Assembly: GCA_964291495.2 (NCBI GenBank)
Contig: OZ219872.1
Location: forward strand, 480,001 to 544,000
Length of the DNA stretch: 64,000 bases
Source: Dehalococcoidia bacterium
Lineage (GTDB): Bacteria; Chloroflexota; Dehalococcoidia; UBA2979
Direction of reading: 5' to 3'
Made by a program: the position numbers and the translations under genes. Under the pieces are notes generated by a model. The model worked only from the letters and a program-made list of their open reading frames with translations. It made no database searches and had not been told where the DNA came from. This document shows positions 39,690-48,290 of the stretch, piece after piece; the stretch's first letter is position 1, and every line of letters begins with the position of its first letter.

Positions 39690-39729
39690 CCACGAACTCG
39701 GGGTAGGCCTCGATGCCCAGCTCGCCGGC
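39644..39729 (-). pseudogene. Duplicated 3' end of the amt gene (86-bp direct repeat of 41746-41831)
   Basis: 81/86 identical. Encodes AGELGIEAYPEFVVMPEEFYDDED* versus AGELGLEAYPEFVLMPEEFYDDED*. Confidence 0.9.
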
Positions 39730-39781
39730 TGAACTCGTCCATGTCTGAGAGTGGCCCTGTTCCCCCGACTAGACTGTCTGC

Positions 39782-41734
39782 ATGAGCTTCGCTGCTCGTG
39801 TCCTGCGTAAGCGCATGGTGTCGCCCGTCATCGCCACGCTCGCGCTGGCGGCGCTCGTCTTCGGTGTGGCGTGCGAGGACGGCCCCAAGCCTGCTCCCCA
39901 GCCCACCTCCATCGCGGACGGCCGGAGTCACGCAACGCCGAGCGGTTCGATGCCGACCTCGACGCCCGCACCGACAGTCGCGGCGACTCCACCTGTCGCT
40001 TCGACGCCTGCACCGTCGCCAACCGCGGCCGGCGCCACTGAGCCGACGGCCACCGCCACGCCGACCCCGGGACCAGGCCCGACTCCCGAATCGACGCCAG
40101 GCCCGACGCCCACGCCGCGCCCAACACCCAGTCCAAGCCCGGCGCCGACGGGGAGCCCGACGCCCGCGCCCGAGCGGCTCGACGCCCTCGATCTCATCGA
40201 ACCGGCACCGCGTGCGTTCGAGCACCGCACATTCGAGTCCGGCGAGCCAACGGGCTGGAACCAGGGGATCTTCGTCCTCGATCCGGTCACAGGGCTGACT
40301 GATGGGTACCGCGTGCCCGGCGCGGAGGCCCTTCACTACTACGAGCACTTCCCGGGCGGCTGGATCAAGTCGTGGGATCCATCGCTGGAGTGGGCCTTGC
40401 TGCTGCACCGGCCCAGCGGGAAGTCGTGGCGTTGGCGCGACGCCGAATTGCGGGTCGTGACGGCGTGGGCCGGGCTCGTGCTGTTCGAGGAGCTGCGAGA
40501 TGCAGGGCATCGCCCGACGGGCCGCCTCACGCTGGCGGATACCGGGATGCGGGAGGTCGGACGCTCCTCTATCGATACAAAATACGCTGAACGCTCTGCG
40601 TTGTTGTCTCCGGACGGCCAGACGCTCGCAGTCGACGCCGAGACGCGCGTGTACCTCGTGGGGGTCGAGTCGTCTCGGGTCACCGTCCTGTTTGAGACTG
40701 ATCCGGACGATGAAACGGCGAGGGCATGGATCAACCCGTGGTGGGACCGTCCGGGCATCCACGTGCGGTCCTCCCGTCACGACGGGAAGGACACCCGGCA
40801 CTACAACGACCACTACTTCAACTGGGAGGGCGACGCAGTGCCCGCGCCCGCCTGCCCGGATAGGGGTGGCCCGCGGGCAGGTTGGGTGGACGGTGCTACG
40901 TGGGTGTCACCGGACGGACGCTATGTGGCGTGGCTGGATGGTGCGCCCGTTTTCCTTGAGAACGTGATGGTCACGAAACTCGATAATCCCTGGCCAGCAG
41001 TGGTCGTGGCGGACCCTAATACCTGCGAGCCGCTCTTCCGAGTCCGCTCCGCACGGACAGGCGAGCGTGCCTGGAGCGCCGACTGGTTGGCCACGAGCGA
41101 GGGCATCGTCATCGGATCACGAGATGGGTACTTGATCGTCCGTGTTCGGCCCACGCCAGAAATCGTAGAGCTCCTGACCGGCGGAACGACAGGCAGCTGG
41201 GATACAGGTCCTCAGCCCGCTCCGACAGGAGATGGGCGCTACTTCGGGTACGGGTGGTGGGTCTACGACGCGTTCGACGAACGCTGGCTGCCGCCGTTCG
41301 GGGCCCACGCATCTCGTAGCGTTCTGGTGGGTATGGCGCCCGGTCCATTCTGGTGGGGCGACTCTCATCGCGAGCGCTGGTTCACGCCAACCGACTACTG
41401 GGGTCAGGGCTGGGTCGAGTGGCTGCTGCTTCCGCCGAAGATCGAGTTCCCTCCCTTCAGCGAGGAAATTACGTTCCGCGTCGCGCGGACCGGAGACTGC
41501 CTGCACCTCCGCGAGGACCCCAACACAGAAGCCGCTATCCTCGACTGTCTGCCGGACGGCACACGTCTGCTCTTCGTGCAGCAAGACCACCCGATCGAAC
41601 CGGATCCGGACGCGCACGGACTCTCGCTTGTCCACCCTTCACTCGAGGGCACTGTCGAGTCCGCATGGATCTACGTCCGCACCGAGGACGGCGCCGAGGG
41701 CTGGGTGAGCCACGACTACCTGGAGCACGACTGA
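39782..41734 (+). CDS. Lipoprotein with Pro/Thr linker, propeller-like middle and C-terminal SH3b-like domain
   Basis: Lipobox GVAC. PTP-rich linker. SPDG repeats. CLHLREDP...WIYVRT.DG.EGWVS..YL at the C-terminus. Confidence 0.8.
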   Translation: MSFAARVLRKRMVSPVIATLALAALVFGVACEDGPKPAPQPTSIADGRSHATPSGSMPTSTPAPTVAATPPVASTPAPSPTAAGATEPTATATPTPGPGPTPESTPGPTPTPRPTPSPSPAPTGSPTPAPERLDALDLIEPAPRAFEHRTFESGEPTGWNQGIFVLDPVTGLTDGYRVPGAEALHYYEHFPGGWIKSWDPSLEWALLLHRPSGKSWRWRDAELRVVTAWAGLVLFEELRDAGHRPTGRLTLADTGMREVGRSSIDTKYAERSALLSPDGQTLAVDAETRVYLVGVESSRVTVLFETDPDDETARAWINPWWDRPGIHVRSSRHDGKDTRHYNDHYFNWEGDAVPAPACPDRGGPRAGWVDGATWVSPDGRYVAWLDGAPVFLENVMVTKLDNPWPAVVVADPNTCEPLFRVRSARTGERAWSADWLATSEGIVIGSRDGYLIVRVRPTPEIVELLTGGTTGSWDTGPQPAPTGDGRYFGYGWWVYDAFDERWLPPFGAHASRSVLVGMAPGPFWWGDSHRERWFTPTDYWGQGWVEWLLLPPKIEFPPFSEEITFRVARTGDCLHLREDPNTEAAILDCLPDGTRLLFVQQDHPIEPDPDAHGLSLVHPSLEGTVESAWIYVRTEDGAEGWVSHDYLEHD

Positions 41735-41756
41735 GAGCGCCGAGAGCGGCGCGCGC

Positions 41757-43154
41757 TCAGTCCTCGTCGTCGTAGAACTCCTCCGGCATGAGCACGAACT
41801 CGGGGTAGGCCTCGAGGCCGAGCTCGCCTGCGTCCTGGCCGAGCCGTTCGACCTCGGGGGGGACGCGGACGCTCAGCGTCCGTGCCAGCACCTGCCAGAG
41901 CAGCCACGAGGTCGTGAACACGAACGCGCCGACGGCCAGCACGCCGACCAGCTGCACCCCGAGGTCGGCCCCAGCCACGATCGAGGCGGCGAGCGTGCCC
42001 CAGATGCCGGCGAAGAGGTGCGCCGGCACCGCGCCGACCACGTCGTCGAGCTGCAGCCGCTCGAACAGCTTGAGGCCGGCCGTACAGATCACCCCGCCGA
42101 TCGCGCCGATGATCACCGCCCAGTAGTGCTCGGTGATGTCCGGCCCCGCCGTAATCGAGACCAACCCGGCGATCGCGCCGTTGAGCCCGGCGAAGAGGTC
42201 CATGCGGTCGAGGATGTAGCGCGAGACGGCGAGGGCGGCCATCACACCGGCCGCCGCCGCGAGGTTCGTGTTGACCAGCACATGGCTCATCGCCACCGCA
42301 TCGGAGGCGCTGCCGAGGGCGAGCTGCGATCCGCCGTTGAACCCGAACCAGCCGAACCAGAGGATGAAGACGCCGAGCGTCACCACCAGGATGTTCGAAG
42401 GCGGCGTCGGCCGCGGCGTCCCGTCGCGGCGGAACTTGCCGAGCCTCGGACCGACCACGAGGATCCCCGCGAGCGCCGCCCAGCCGCCGACGCCGTGCAC
42501 GATGGTGGAGCCGGCGAAGTCCTCGAACCCCAGCTCGTCCAGCCAGCCGCCGCCCCACGTCCACGCGCCGACGATCGGGTAGATCAGCGCGGTGAGCACC
42601 AGCGTGAAGAGGAAGAACGTCCACATCTTGACGCGCTCGGCCAGCGCGCCCGAGACGATCGAGGCCGCCGTCGCCACGAACACCATCTGGAAGAACCAGT
42701 CGGACATCGTCGAGTAGTTGTTTTCCGTCACGAGCGCGACGGAGTCGCCCCCGCCGCCGACGAGCGCGATCTCCTCGGAGGTCGGGCCGTAGAGCAGGTT
42801 GAAGGAGCCGACCACCCCGCCGACGATGTCGACGTACATCAGGTTGTAGCCGATGAAGAAGTAGGCGAGCCCCGCGATCGAGTAGAGGCCGATGTTCTTG
42901 AGGCAGATCATCGAGGCGTTCTTCGTGCGCACCGAGCCCGACTCGAGCATCGTGAACCCGGCGCACATCCACATCACGAGCGCGCCCCAGACGAGGAACG
43001 AGAACGTGTTGAGGATGAACGCGGCCTCGGCGCCGATCTCGGCCTGCTGGGCATGGGCCTTACCGGACATCAGCAGGAACAGCACCAGCGCGAGGACGCC
43101 CGAAGCCGCCAGGATGGCGGCGGGGCGGCGCTTCGAGAGGATCGTGACGAGCAT
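41757..43154 (-). CDS. amtB: Ammonium transporter
   Basis: FFQMVF, SIVSGALAER, DFAGSTIVH, LWFGWFGFNGGS, GLVSITAG and DDVVG..PAH motifs. Confidence 0.95.
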   Translation of the reverse strand: MLVTILSKRRPAAILAASGVLALVLFLLMSGKAHAQQAEIGAEAAFILNTFSFLVWGALVMWMCAGFTMLESGSVRTKNASMICLKNIGLYSIAGLAYFFIGYNLMYVDIVGGVVGSFNLLYGPTSEEIALVGGGGDSVALVTENNYSTMSDWFFQMVFVATAASIVSGALAERVKMWTFFLFTLVLTALIYPIVGAWTWGGGWLDELGFEDFAGSTIVHGVGGWAALAGILVVGPRLGKFRRDGTPRPTPPSNILVVTLGVFILWFGWFGFNGGSQLALGSASDAVAMSHVLVNTNLAAAAGVMAALAVSRYILDRMDLFAGLNGAIAGLVSITAGPDITEHYWAVIIGAIGGVICTAGLKLFERLQLDDVVGAVPAHLFAGIWGTLAASIVAGADLGVQLVGVLAVGAFVFTTSWLLWQVLARTLSVRVPPEVERLGQDAGELGLEAYPEFVLMPEEFYDDED

Positions 43155-43283
43155 GGCGGCCTCCTCAGCTACTGCGCGCGCTGGGGAGGTGACGGCGATC
43201 GGGGCGCGGCCTCCGATCACGTCTCCGCGACGACGGCCATTATAGGGATCGCGACACGGTATCGGGATGCGCCGGGTAGGCCA

Positions 43284-44093
43284 TCATGCCGGGCCGGCCA
43301 GCCGGCGCAGCACCTCGTCGTGCAGGCGTCCGTTCGAGGCGACGCGCGCTCCGGCGCCCTCCGACGGGCCGCCCTCGGCGTCGGTGATGCGGCCGCCCGC
43401 CTCCTCGACGATCGGGATCAGCGCCGCGACGTCCCACGGGTGCAGGTCGACGCCGTCGAGCATCACGTCGGCGGCGCCCTCGGCGACGAGGCAGAAGCCC
43501 CAGAAGTCGCCGAGCCCGCGCACGCGCCAGGCCTCGCCGAGCAGCGCCCGCGCCCCCGGCCAGCGCTCGAGGGTGGCGAGCGTCTCGCCGTAGACCAGCT
43601 GCGCCTCGGCGATCGTTTCGGCCTCGGAGACGCGGATGCGCTCGCCCGCGCCGCGCGCGCCCGTCGCGCCCCGGTAGGCGCCGAGCCCGCTGCCCGCCCA
43701 CCAGCGCGTCCCGAGCGCGGGCGCGGAGACGACGCCGACCTCGATGCTGCCGCCGCGCTCGCAGGCGATCAGCGTCCCCCAGACGGGGATGCCACGCATG
43801 TAGTTGTGGGTCCCGTCGATCGGGTCGAGGATCCAGCGCGCCTCGGCGTCCTCGGCTGCCTCTCCGCCCTGCTCCTCGCCGAGGACGGCGTGTGCCGGGT
43901 AGCGCTCGGCGATCCGATCGCGCAGCAGCGCCTCGATCTCGCGGTCGGCGGGCGTCACGTACGTCCCGTCCGCCTTGCGCTCGATGGCGTGCTCGCCTCG
44001 ATAGTCCCGCATCGCGATCGCGTCGGCGGCGTCCGCCAGCTCGAGGCCGAAGGCGAGGATGTCGGCTGTGGGATCAGTGGAGATAGCGGTCAG
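43284..44093 (-). CDS. hisN: Histidinol-phosphate phosphatase (inositol monophosphatase family)
   Basis: K.DGTYVT.AD, GEE, WILDPIDGT, GDFWG and WDVAAL motifs. Last gene of the his run. Start is either CTG 44093 or GTG 44135. Confidence 0.85.
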   Translation of the reverse strand: MTAISTDPTADILAFGLELADAADAIAMRDYRGEHAIERKADGTYVTPADREIEALLRDRIAERYPAHAVLGEEQGGEAAEDAEARWILDPIDGTHNYMRGIPVWGTLIACERGGSIEVGVVSAPALGTRWWAGSGLGAYRGATGARGAGERIRVSEAETIAEAQLVYGETLATLERWPGARALLGEAWRVRGLGDFWGFCLVAEGAADVMLDGVDLHPWDVAALIPIVEEAGGRITDAEGGPSEGAGARVASNGRLHDEVLRRLAGPA

Positions 44094-44875
44094 CCTTCCA
44101 ACAGCGTGAAGTGCGGCTTCTTCCCTCGACCCCACGCGGATTCAACAAACGCTCGGCAGCGCTCACCGAGCCGCTCAGCATGTTCAGGAGCGGGCACCAC
44201 CAAGTAAGTGCGCGATGTGCCACGGTGGTACCGCAGGGCCATCACGTTCTGGCGTCGCGACAGCCGGAAGTGCCGACGCAGGGCCTCCATACGATTCTCG
44301 ACTTGGATCTCCACCGTCTGTCCCTTAACGCTTCGAGAGGAGTGGTGGTACACGATGATGCTCCGTCCCGCTTCCCAATGTGGTTGGAGATCGTGGTAGT
44401 AGGCGTACTTCCTGCCGTCATTGTTGCCGCTCCCACCCACGGCCACGGGCCCGACGCTTGGGATCTCAAGACCCGTGTTGGGATCAGCGAAGACGACCTG
44501 GGCGTCGGTCACTCTCTCGAAGCCATCGGCGAGCCACTTACTCCGCTTCTGCTCCCTCTCTCCCCATGGATCGTTCGGCGTTATGTCTAATTCTTGAGAG
44601 AAACACACGGTTCCATACGGCAGGGCGTCGCTCGCCTCTACTGCCGCAATGGTCCGCTTGCCTTGCACGATCGCCCGCATCGCTCGAAAGAGTTGTGGGT
44701 TGCAGCGCTCGAAGTCATCGCTGCGTGGCGGCTGAAGGTAGTCGACATCGTTACCGCCATCGCACGACTCAAACCGGTACCACAGCACGCCAAGGCGGAG
44801 GTCGTCGCCGCACAGAGCGCGGAGCAACCCATACTTGCCGAAGTCGCCGACATCTCCGGCGTAGCAGTCCTGCAT
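44090..44875 (-). CDS. Hypothetical protein, possible Rossmann MTase-like fold; lower GC than neighbours
   Basis: MQDCYAGDVGDFGKYGLLR N-terminus and VVFADPNTG. Visibly A/T-richer. TGATG overlap with the DNA methyltransferase stop. Confidence 0.75.
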   Translation of the reverse strand: MQDCYAGDVGDFGKYGLLRALCGDDLRLGVLWYRFESCDGGNDVDYLQPPRSDDFERCNPQLFRAMRAIVQGKRTIAAVEASDALPYGTVCFSQELDITPNDPWGEREQKRSKWLADGFERVTDAQVVFADPNTGLEIPSVGPVAVGGSGNNDGRKYAYYHDLQPHWEAGRSIIVYHHSSRSVKGQTVEIQVENRMEALRRHFRLSRRQNVMALRYHRGTSRTYLVVPAPEHAERLGERCRAFVESAWGRGKKPHFTLLEG

Positions 44876-45747
44876 CAGCCCGTGACCCCCTCCGCGAAGA
44901 CGACGCCGTCGCAGGCGGCGAAGCGGCGGCGCATCACCTCGAACGCCTCCGGCGAGCTGTCGGCGAGGACGAAGCGGCGGCCGTGGCGCAGCGCCGCCTC
45001 GCCCGTCGTGCCGCTGCCCGCGACGAAGTCGCAGACCAGGCCGCCTGGCGGCGAGGAGGCGCGCACGATCCGCTCGAGCACGCCGATCGGCTTCTGCGTC
45101 GGGTAGCCCAGCTTCTCCTTGCCCGTCGGGCTCACGATCGTGTGCCACCAGGTGTCGGTCGGCAGCTTGCCGCGCGCCGCCTTCTCCGGGCCCACGAGGC
45201 CGGGCGCCATATAGGGGATGCGCTCGATGTCCTCGACGTTGAAGAGATTGCGGGAGGCGTCCTTCGCGTAGAAGAGGATGTTGTCGTGCTTCGCCGGCCA
45301 GCGCCGCTTCGGCCGCGCGCCGTAGTCGTAGGCCCAGATGATCTCGTTGACGAAGTTGACACGACCGAAGATCCGGTCCGCCAGCACCTTCGCGTAGTGC
45401 ACCTCGCGGTAGTCGAGGTGCAGGTAGAGGCTGCCCGAAGGCGCCAGCACCCGCTGCGCCTCGACGAGGAACGGCTCGAGGAAGCCGAGGTAGTCGTCGC
45501 GGGCGTCCTCGAAGGAGCGGCTGCCCAGCCGCGCGGTCTCGTAGCGCCGCCCGCCGAAGCCGCTGCGGTCGCCCTCACCGTCCTCGACACGGCGCGTGCG
45601 CAGCTGCTCGCGCGTCTGCCGCCTGCCGGTGTTGAACGGCGGGTCGAGGTAGACGAGGTCGACGCTCTCGTCCTCGAGGGTGCGCGCGACCGCCACGCCG
45701 TCGGCACAGTGCACGACGCCGCGCGGCGCGGCAGGATTGCTGCTCAC
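44875..45747 (-). CDS. Site-specific DNA methyltransferase (N6A/N4C, beta-class motif order)
   Basis: VYLDPPF precedes DFVAGSGTTG. NEIIW and YPTQKP motifs. Confidence 0.92.
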   Translation of the reverse strand: MSSNPAAPRGVVHCADGVAVARTLEDESVDLVYLDPPFNTGRRQTREQLRTRRVEDGEGDRSGFGGRRYETARLGSRSFEDARDDYLGFLEPFLVEAQRVLAPSGSLYLHLDYREVHYAKVLADRIFGRVNFVNEIIWAYDYGARPKRRWPAKHDNILFYAKDASRNLFNVEDIERIPYMAPGLVGPEKAARGKLPTDTWWHTIVSPTGKEKLGYPTQKPIGVLERIVRASSPPGGLVCDFVAGSGTTGEAALRHGRRFVLADSSPEAFEVMRRRFAACDGVVFAEGVTG

Positions 45748-45754
45748 GGCGCCG

Positions 45755-46513
45755 TCACGCCGTCAGCGTGCCCTTGGTGCTCGGCACCTCGCCGGCGATG
45801 CGCGGATCGCGGCGGGTGGCGGCATCGAGGGCGCGCCCGAGCGCCTTGAAGGCGGCCTCGGCGATGTGGTGGTCGTTCGCCCCGGCGAGCTGGCGCACGT
45901 GCAGCGCGCAGCGCGCGCCCTGCGAGAACGACTGCAGGGCGTGGCCGATCATCTCCGTCGGCGCCTGGCCGATTCGCTCGCCGCCCCAGTCGAAATCGAT
46001 CGCGGCGTAGGGGCGGCCGGAGCAGTCGATCACCGCCTGCACCAGCGCCTCGTCGAGCGGAACCGTCGCGTCGCCCATGCGCACGAGGCCCGAGCGGTCG
46101 CCCAGCGCCTCGTCGACGGCGGCGCCGAGCGCGAGCGCGCAGTCCTCCATCGTGTGGTGCTCGTCGACGTGCAGGTCGCCCTCGCAGCGCAGCTCGAGGT
46201 CGAAGCGTCCGTGCTTGGCGAACGCCTCGAGGACGTGGTCGTAGAAGCCCACGCCGGTCGCGATCCCGGCGCGGCCGGTCCCGTCGATGTCGATCTCGAC
46301 GTGGATGCGCGTCTCCGCGGTGATGCGGTCGACGACGGCGCGGCGCTCGCCATCCTCGAGGTCGCGCTTGACGCGCTTGAGGTTGGTGTTGATCGCCTGG
46401 CGGGTCACGCCGAGCTCCTCGGCGAGCCGGGTCTGGCCGCCGAGCACGTCGAGCTCGCCCGCCTCGAAGGCCTCGCGTACGCGCAGATAGGTCTCGCTCT
46501 TGATCTCGACCAT
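45755..46513 (-). CDS. hisB: Imidazoleglycerol-phosphate dehydratase with N-terminal HTH extension
   Basis: R.TAET, TGVGFYDH, GDLHVDEHHTMED, PLDEAL, NDHHIAEAAFK and PSTKG motifs. An extra ~55 N-terminal aa contain QTRLAEELGVTRQAINTNL. Confidence 0.93.
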   Translation of the reverse strand: MVEIKSETYLRVREAFEAGELDVLGGQTRLAEELGVTRQAINTNLKRVKRDLEDGERRAVVDRITAETRIHVEIDIDGTGRAGIATGVGFYDHVLEAFAKHGRFDLELRCEGDLHVDEHHTMEDCALALGAAVDEALGDRSGLVRMGDATVPLDEALVQAVIDCSGRPYAAIDFDWGGERIGQAPTEMIGHALQSFSQGARCALHVRQLAGANDHHIAEAAFKALGRALDAATRRDPRIAGEVPSTKGTLTA

Positions 46514-46591
46514 TGGGCTGCCCTTCCGGTTCGCCCGATCAGCGTATGGCCTGCGTCAAATTGTGTCTACTCTTAGGTGTGATTGGCAGAT

Positions 46592-46614
46592 TGACGTACT
46601 ATTACTCTACGTCA
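46592..46614. promoter_or_regulatory. Palindrome TGACGTA-N9-TACGTCA in an AT-rich spacer (candidate operator)
   Basis: Perfect 7-bp inverted repeat about 80 bp upstream of HTH-hisB. A further CGTCAA half-site lies at about 46554-46559. Confidence 0.5.
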
Positions 46615-46655
46615 GCAGTGAACGGGTGACTCAGTCGCCGGCGGCGGAGGTTCGT

Positions 46656-46856
46656 CTAGGCGGTTTCGAATTGCAGGGCCGAGAGGTTGACATCAGATGA
46701 ACGCTCAGAGAGGCGCAGCATCTCGACGCCGACGACTTCGTTCGCCTCGTTGTAGTCGAGCACGACGCCCGGCGAGACTTCCTCGGACTCGACGATGGCC
46801 GAGTCGTCGAGGCGGAGGTAGAGAGCATCGGCCTCTTTGTCCACGCGCAGCTTCAC
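46656..46856 (-). CDS. DUF2283 family protein (putative antitoxin)
   Basis: D.EADALYLRL, ESEEV.PGVVLDY and VVGVE motifs. GTGA overlap with the upstream gene. Confidence 0.85.
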   Translation of the reverse strand: MKLRVDKEADALYLRLDDSAIVESEEVSPGVVLDYNEANEVVGVEMLRLSERSSDVNLSALQFETA

Positions 46857-47104
46857 AGTTGGCCCCTCATGGCTCGATCGAAGAATACGCTCACGACCCG
46901 CCACGGCACAACGCGAGTATTGACCGCCACGCGCAGCACCCGGTCGTCGCGCTCTGGTATACCCGCGAAGAAGCGCTCCACTTCAGGGTCATGCGCGTCG
47001 TGCGTTCTCAACTCTGGCGCCGCCACGACGCGCTCGGCCCACTCGATAGGAATCCTCCGCTCCGCCAGGGCGTCCAGCGCGTGCCGTGTGAACGACAGTC
47101 TCAT
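46853..47104 (-). CDS. DUF4258 family protein (putative RelE-fold toxin)
   Basis: FTRHA...LAERRI, RVLRVAVN and VVSVFFDR motifs. Paired with DUF2283. Confidence 0.8.
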   Translation of the reverse strand: MRLSFTRHALDALAERRIPIEWAERVVAAPELRTHDAHDPEVERFFAGIPERDDRVLRVAVNTRVVPWRVVSVFFDRAMRGQL

Positions 47105-47123
47105 GACGCCTGCGGCTGCACGT

Positions 47124-48290
47124 TCACCGCGCCCCGCCCTCCACCTCCCGGCGCGCCTCGGACAGGGCCGCGAGCAGGCGCTCGCTGTCCTCGGAAGTGC
47201 CGGCGGAGATGCGGACGTGGTCGCGCAGGCGCTCGTGGCCGAAGAAGCGCACGAAGACGCCGCGCCGCGCCAGCGCCTCGCGCAGCGCCGCGCCGCTGCC
47301 AAAGGCGAGGCGACAGAGCAGGAAGTTGGCCTGCGAGGGCACAGGCTCCAGCCAGCCGCCCGCGCGCAGCTCGGCCGCCAACCGGTCGCGCTCGCCGGCG
47401 ATCTCGCAGGCGCGCTCGTCGAGCAGCAGCGCATCCTCGAGCGAGGCGAGCGCGGCCGCCTCGGCGGCGGTGCTGACGCCGTAGGGCTGCTTGCACTGCA
47501 TCAGCAGCGAGGCGACCGGGGCCGGCATCACGCCGTAGCCGACGCGCAGCCCGGCGAGACCGGCCCACTTGCTGAACGTGCGCAGCACGATCAGCGGCGC
47601 CTCGCCAGGTCTGCCGTCCTCGGCGGCGCGGTCCGCGAGGCTTGGCGATCCGCTGTGCCCGCCCTCGCGCCCGCTCGCGAACTCCACGTAGGCCTCGTCG
47701 ATCACGACGATCGCGCCGCTTGTGCGCAGGCGCTCGGCGGCGCCGGGCGGCAGCAGCCCGCCCGTCGGGTTGTTGGGCGAGGGCAGGAAGACCGCCTTCG
47801 CGCCCTCGCAGGCCGCGGCGAGGCCATCGAGGTCCACCGACCAGTCGTCGCGCCTGGGCACGTCGACGAGCTCCGCGCCGGCGATCTCCGCGCCGAAGGG
47901 ATACATCCCGAAGGTCGGCGAGGCGATCACGACGCGGTCGCCAGCCTCGACGAAGATGCGGAAGACGAGGTCGATGATCTCGTCGGCGCCGGCGCCGGCG
48001 ACGATGCACTCCGGCGACACGCCGTGCCGCGCGCCGAGGGCGTCGCGCAGCCTTCGCTGCTCCGGGTCCGGGTAGCGGTGCGCCGCGTAGCCCCCGGCCA
48101 GCGCCTCGAGGGCGTGTGGCGAGGGGCCGTAGGGGTTCTCGTTGCCGTCGAGCTTGACGATCGCCTCGGGCGCGACGCCGTAGCGGGCGGCGACCTGCTC
48201 CGGCGGGTCGATCGGCTCGTAGCCGCGCAGCGAGCGCAGTGGCGGGCGCAGCGCGCCCTCGAGGTCGAAGCTCGCGGAGTCCGTCATCAC
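47124..48290 (-). CDS. hisC: Histidinol-phosphate aminotransferase
   Basis: KLDGNENPY, RYPD, GADE, SPNNPTG, DEAY.EF and RTFSKWAGLAGLRVGY motifs. Confidence 0.95.
   Translation of the reverse strand: MMTDSASFDLEGALRPPLRSLRGYEPIDPPEQVAARYGVAPEAIVKLDGNENPYGPSPHALEALAGGYAAHRYPDPEQRRLRDALGARHGVSPECIVAGAGADEIIDLVFRIFVEAGDRVVIASPTFGMYPFGAEIAGAELVDVPRRDDWSVDLDGLAAACEGAKAVFLPSPNNPTGGLLPPGAAERLRTSGAIVVIDEAYVEFASGREGGHSGSPSLADRAAEDGRPGEAPLIVLRTFSKWAGLAGLRVGYGVMPAPVASLLMQCKQPYGVSTAAEAAALASLEDALLLDERACEIAGERDRLAAELRAGGWLEPVPSQANFLLCRLAFGSGAALREALARRGVFVRFFGHERLRDHVRISAGTSEDSERLLAALSEARREVEGGAR

Noticed and set aside
39644-41831. amt 3'-end duplication as a DGR TR/VR pair
   Set aside because: The five mismatches are mostly G/C swaps, synonymous or conservative, and not confined to adenines. 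No reverse transcriptase is in the window.
44090-45747. Classical type II restriction-modification system
   Set aside because: No recognisable nuclease motif in the partner gene. Kept only as an uncharacterised MTase-associated pair.
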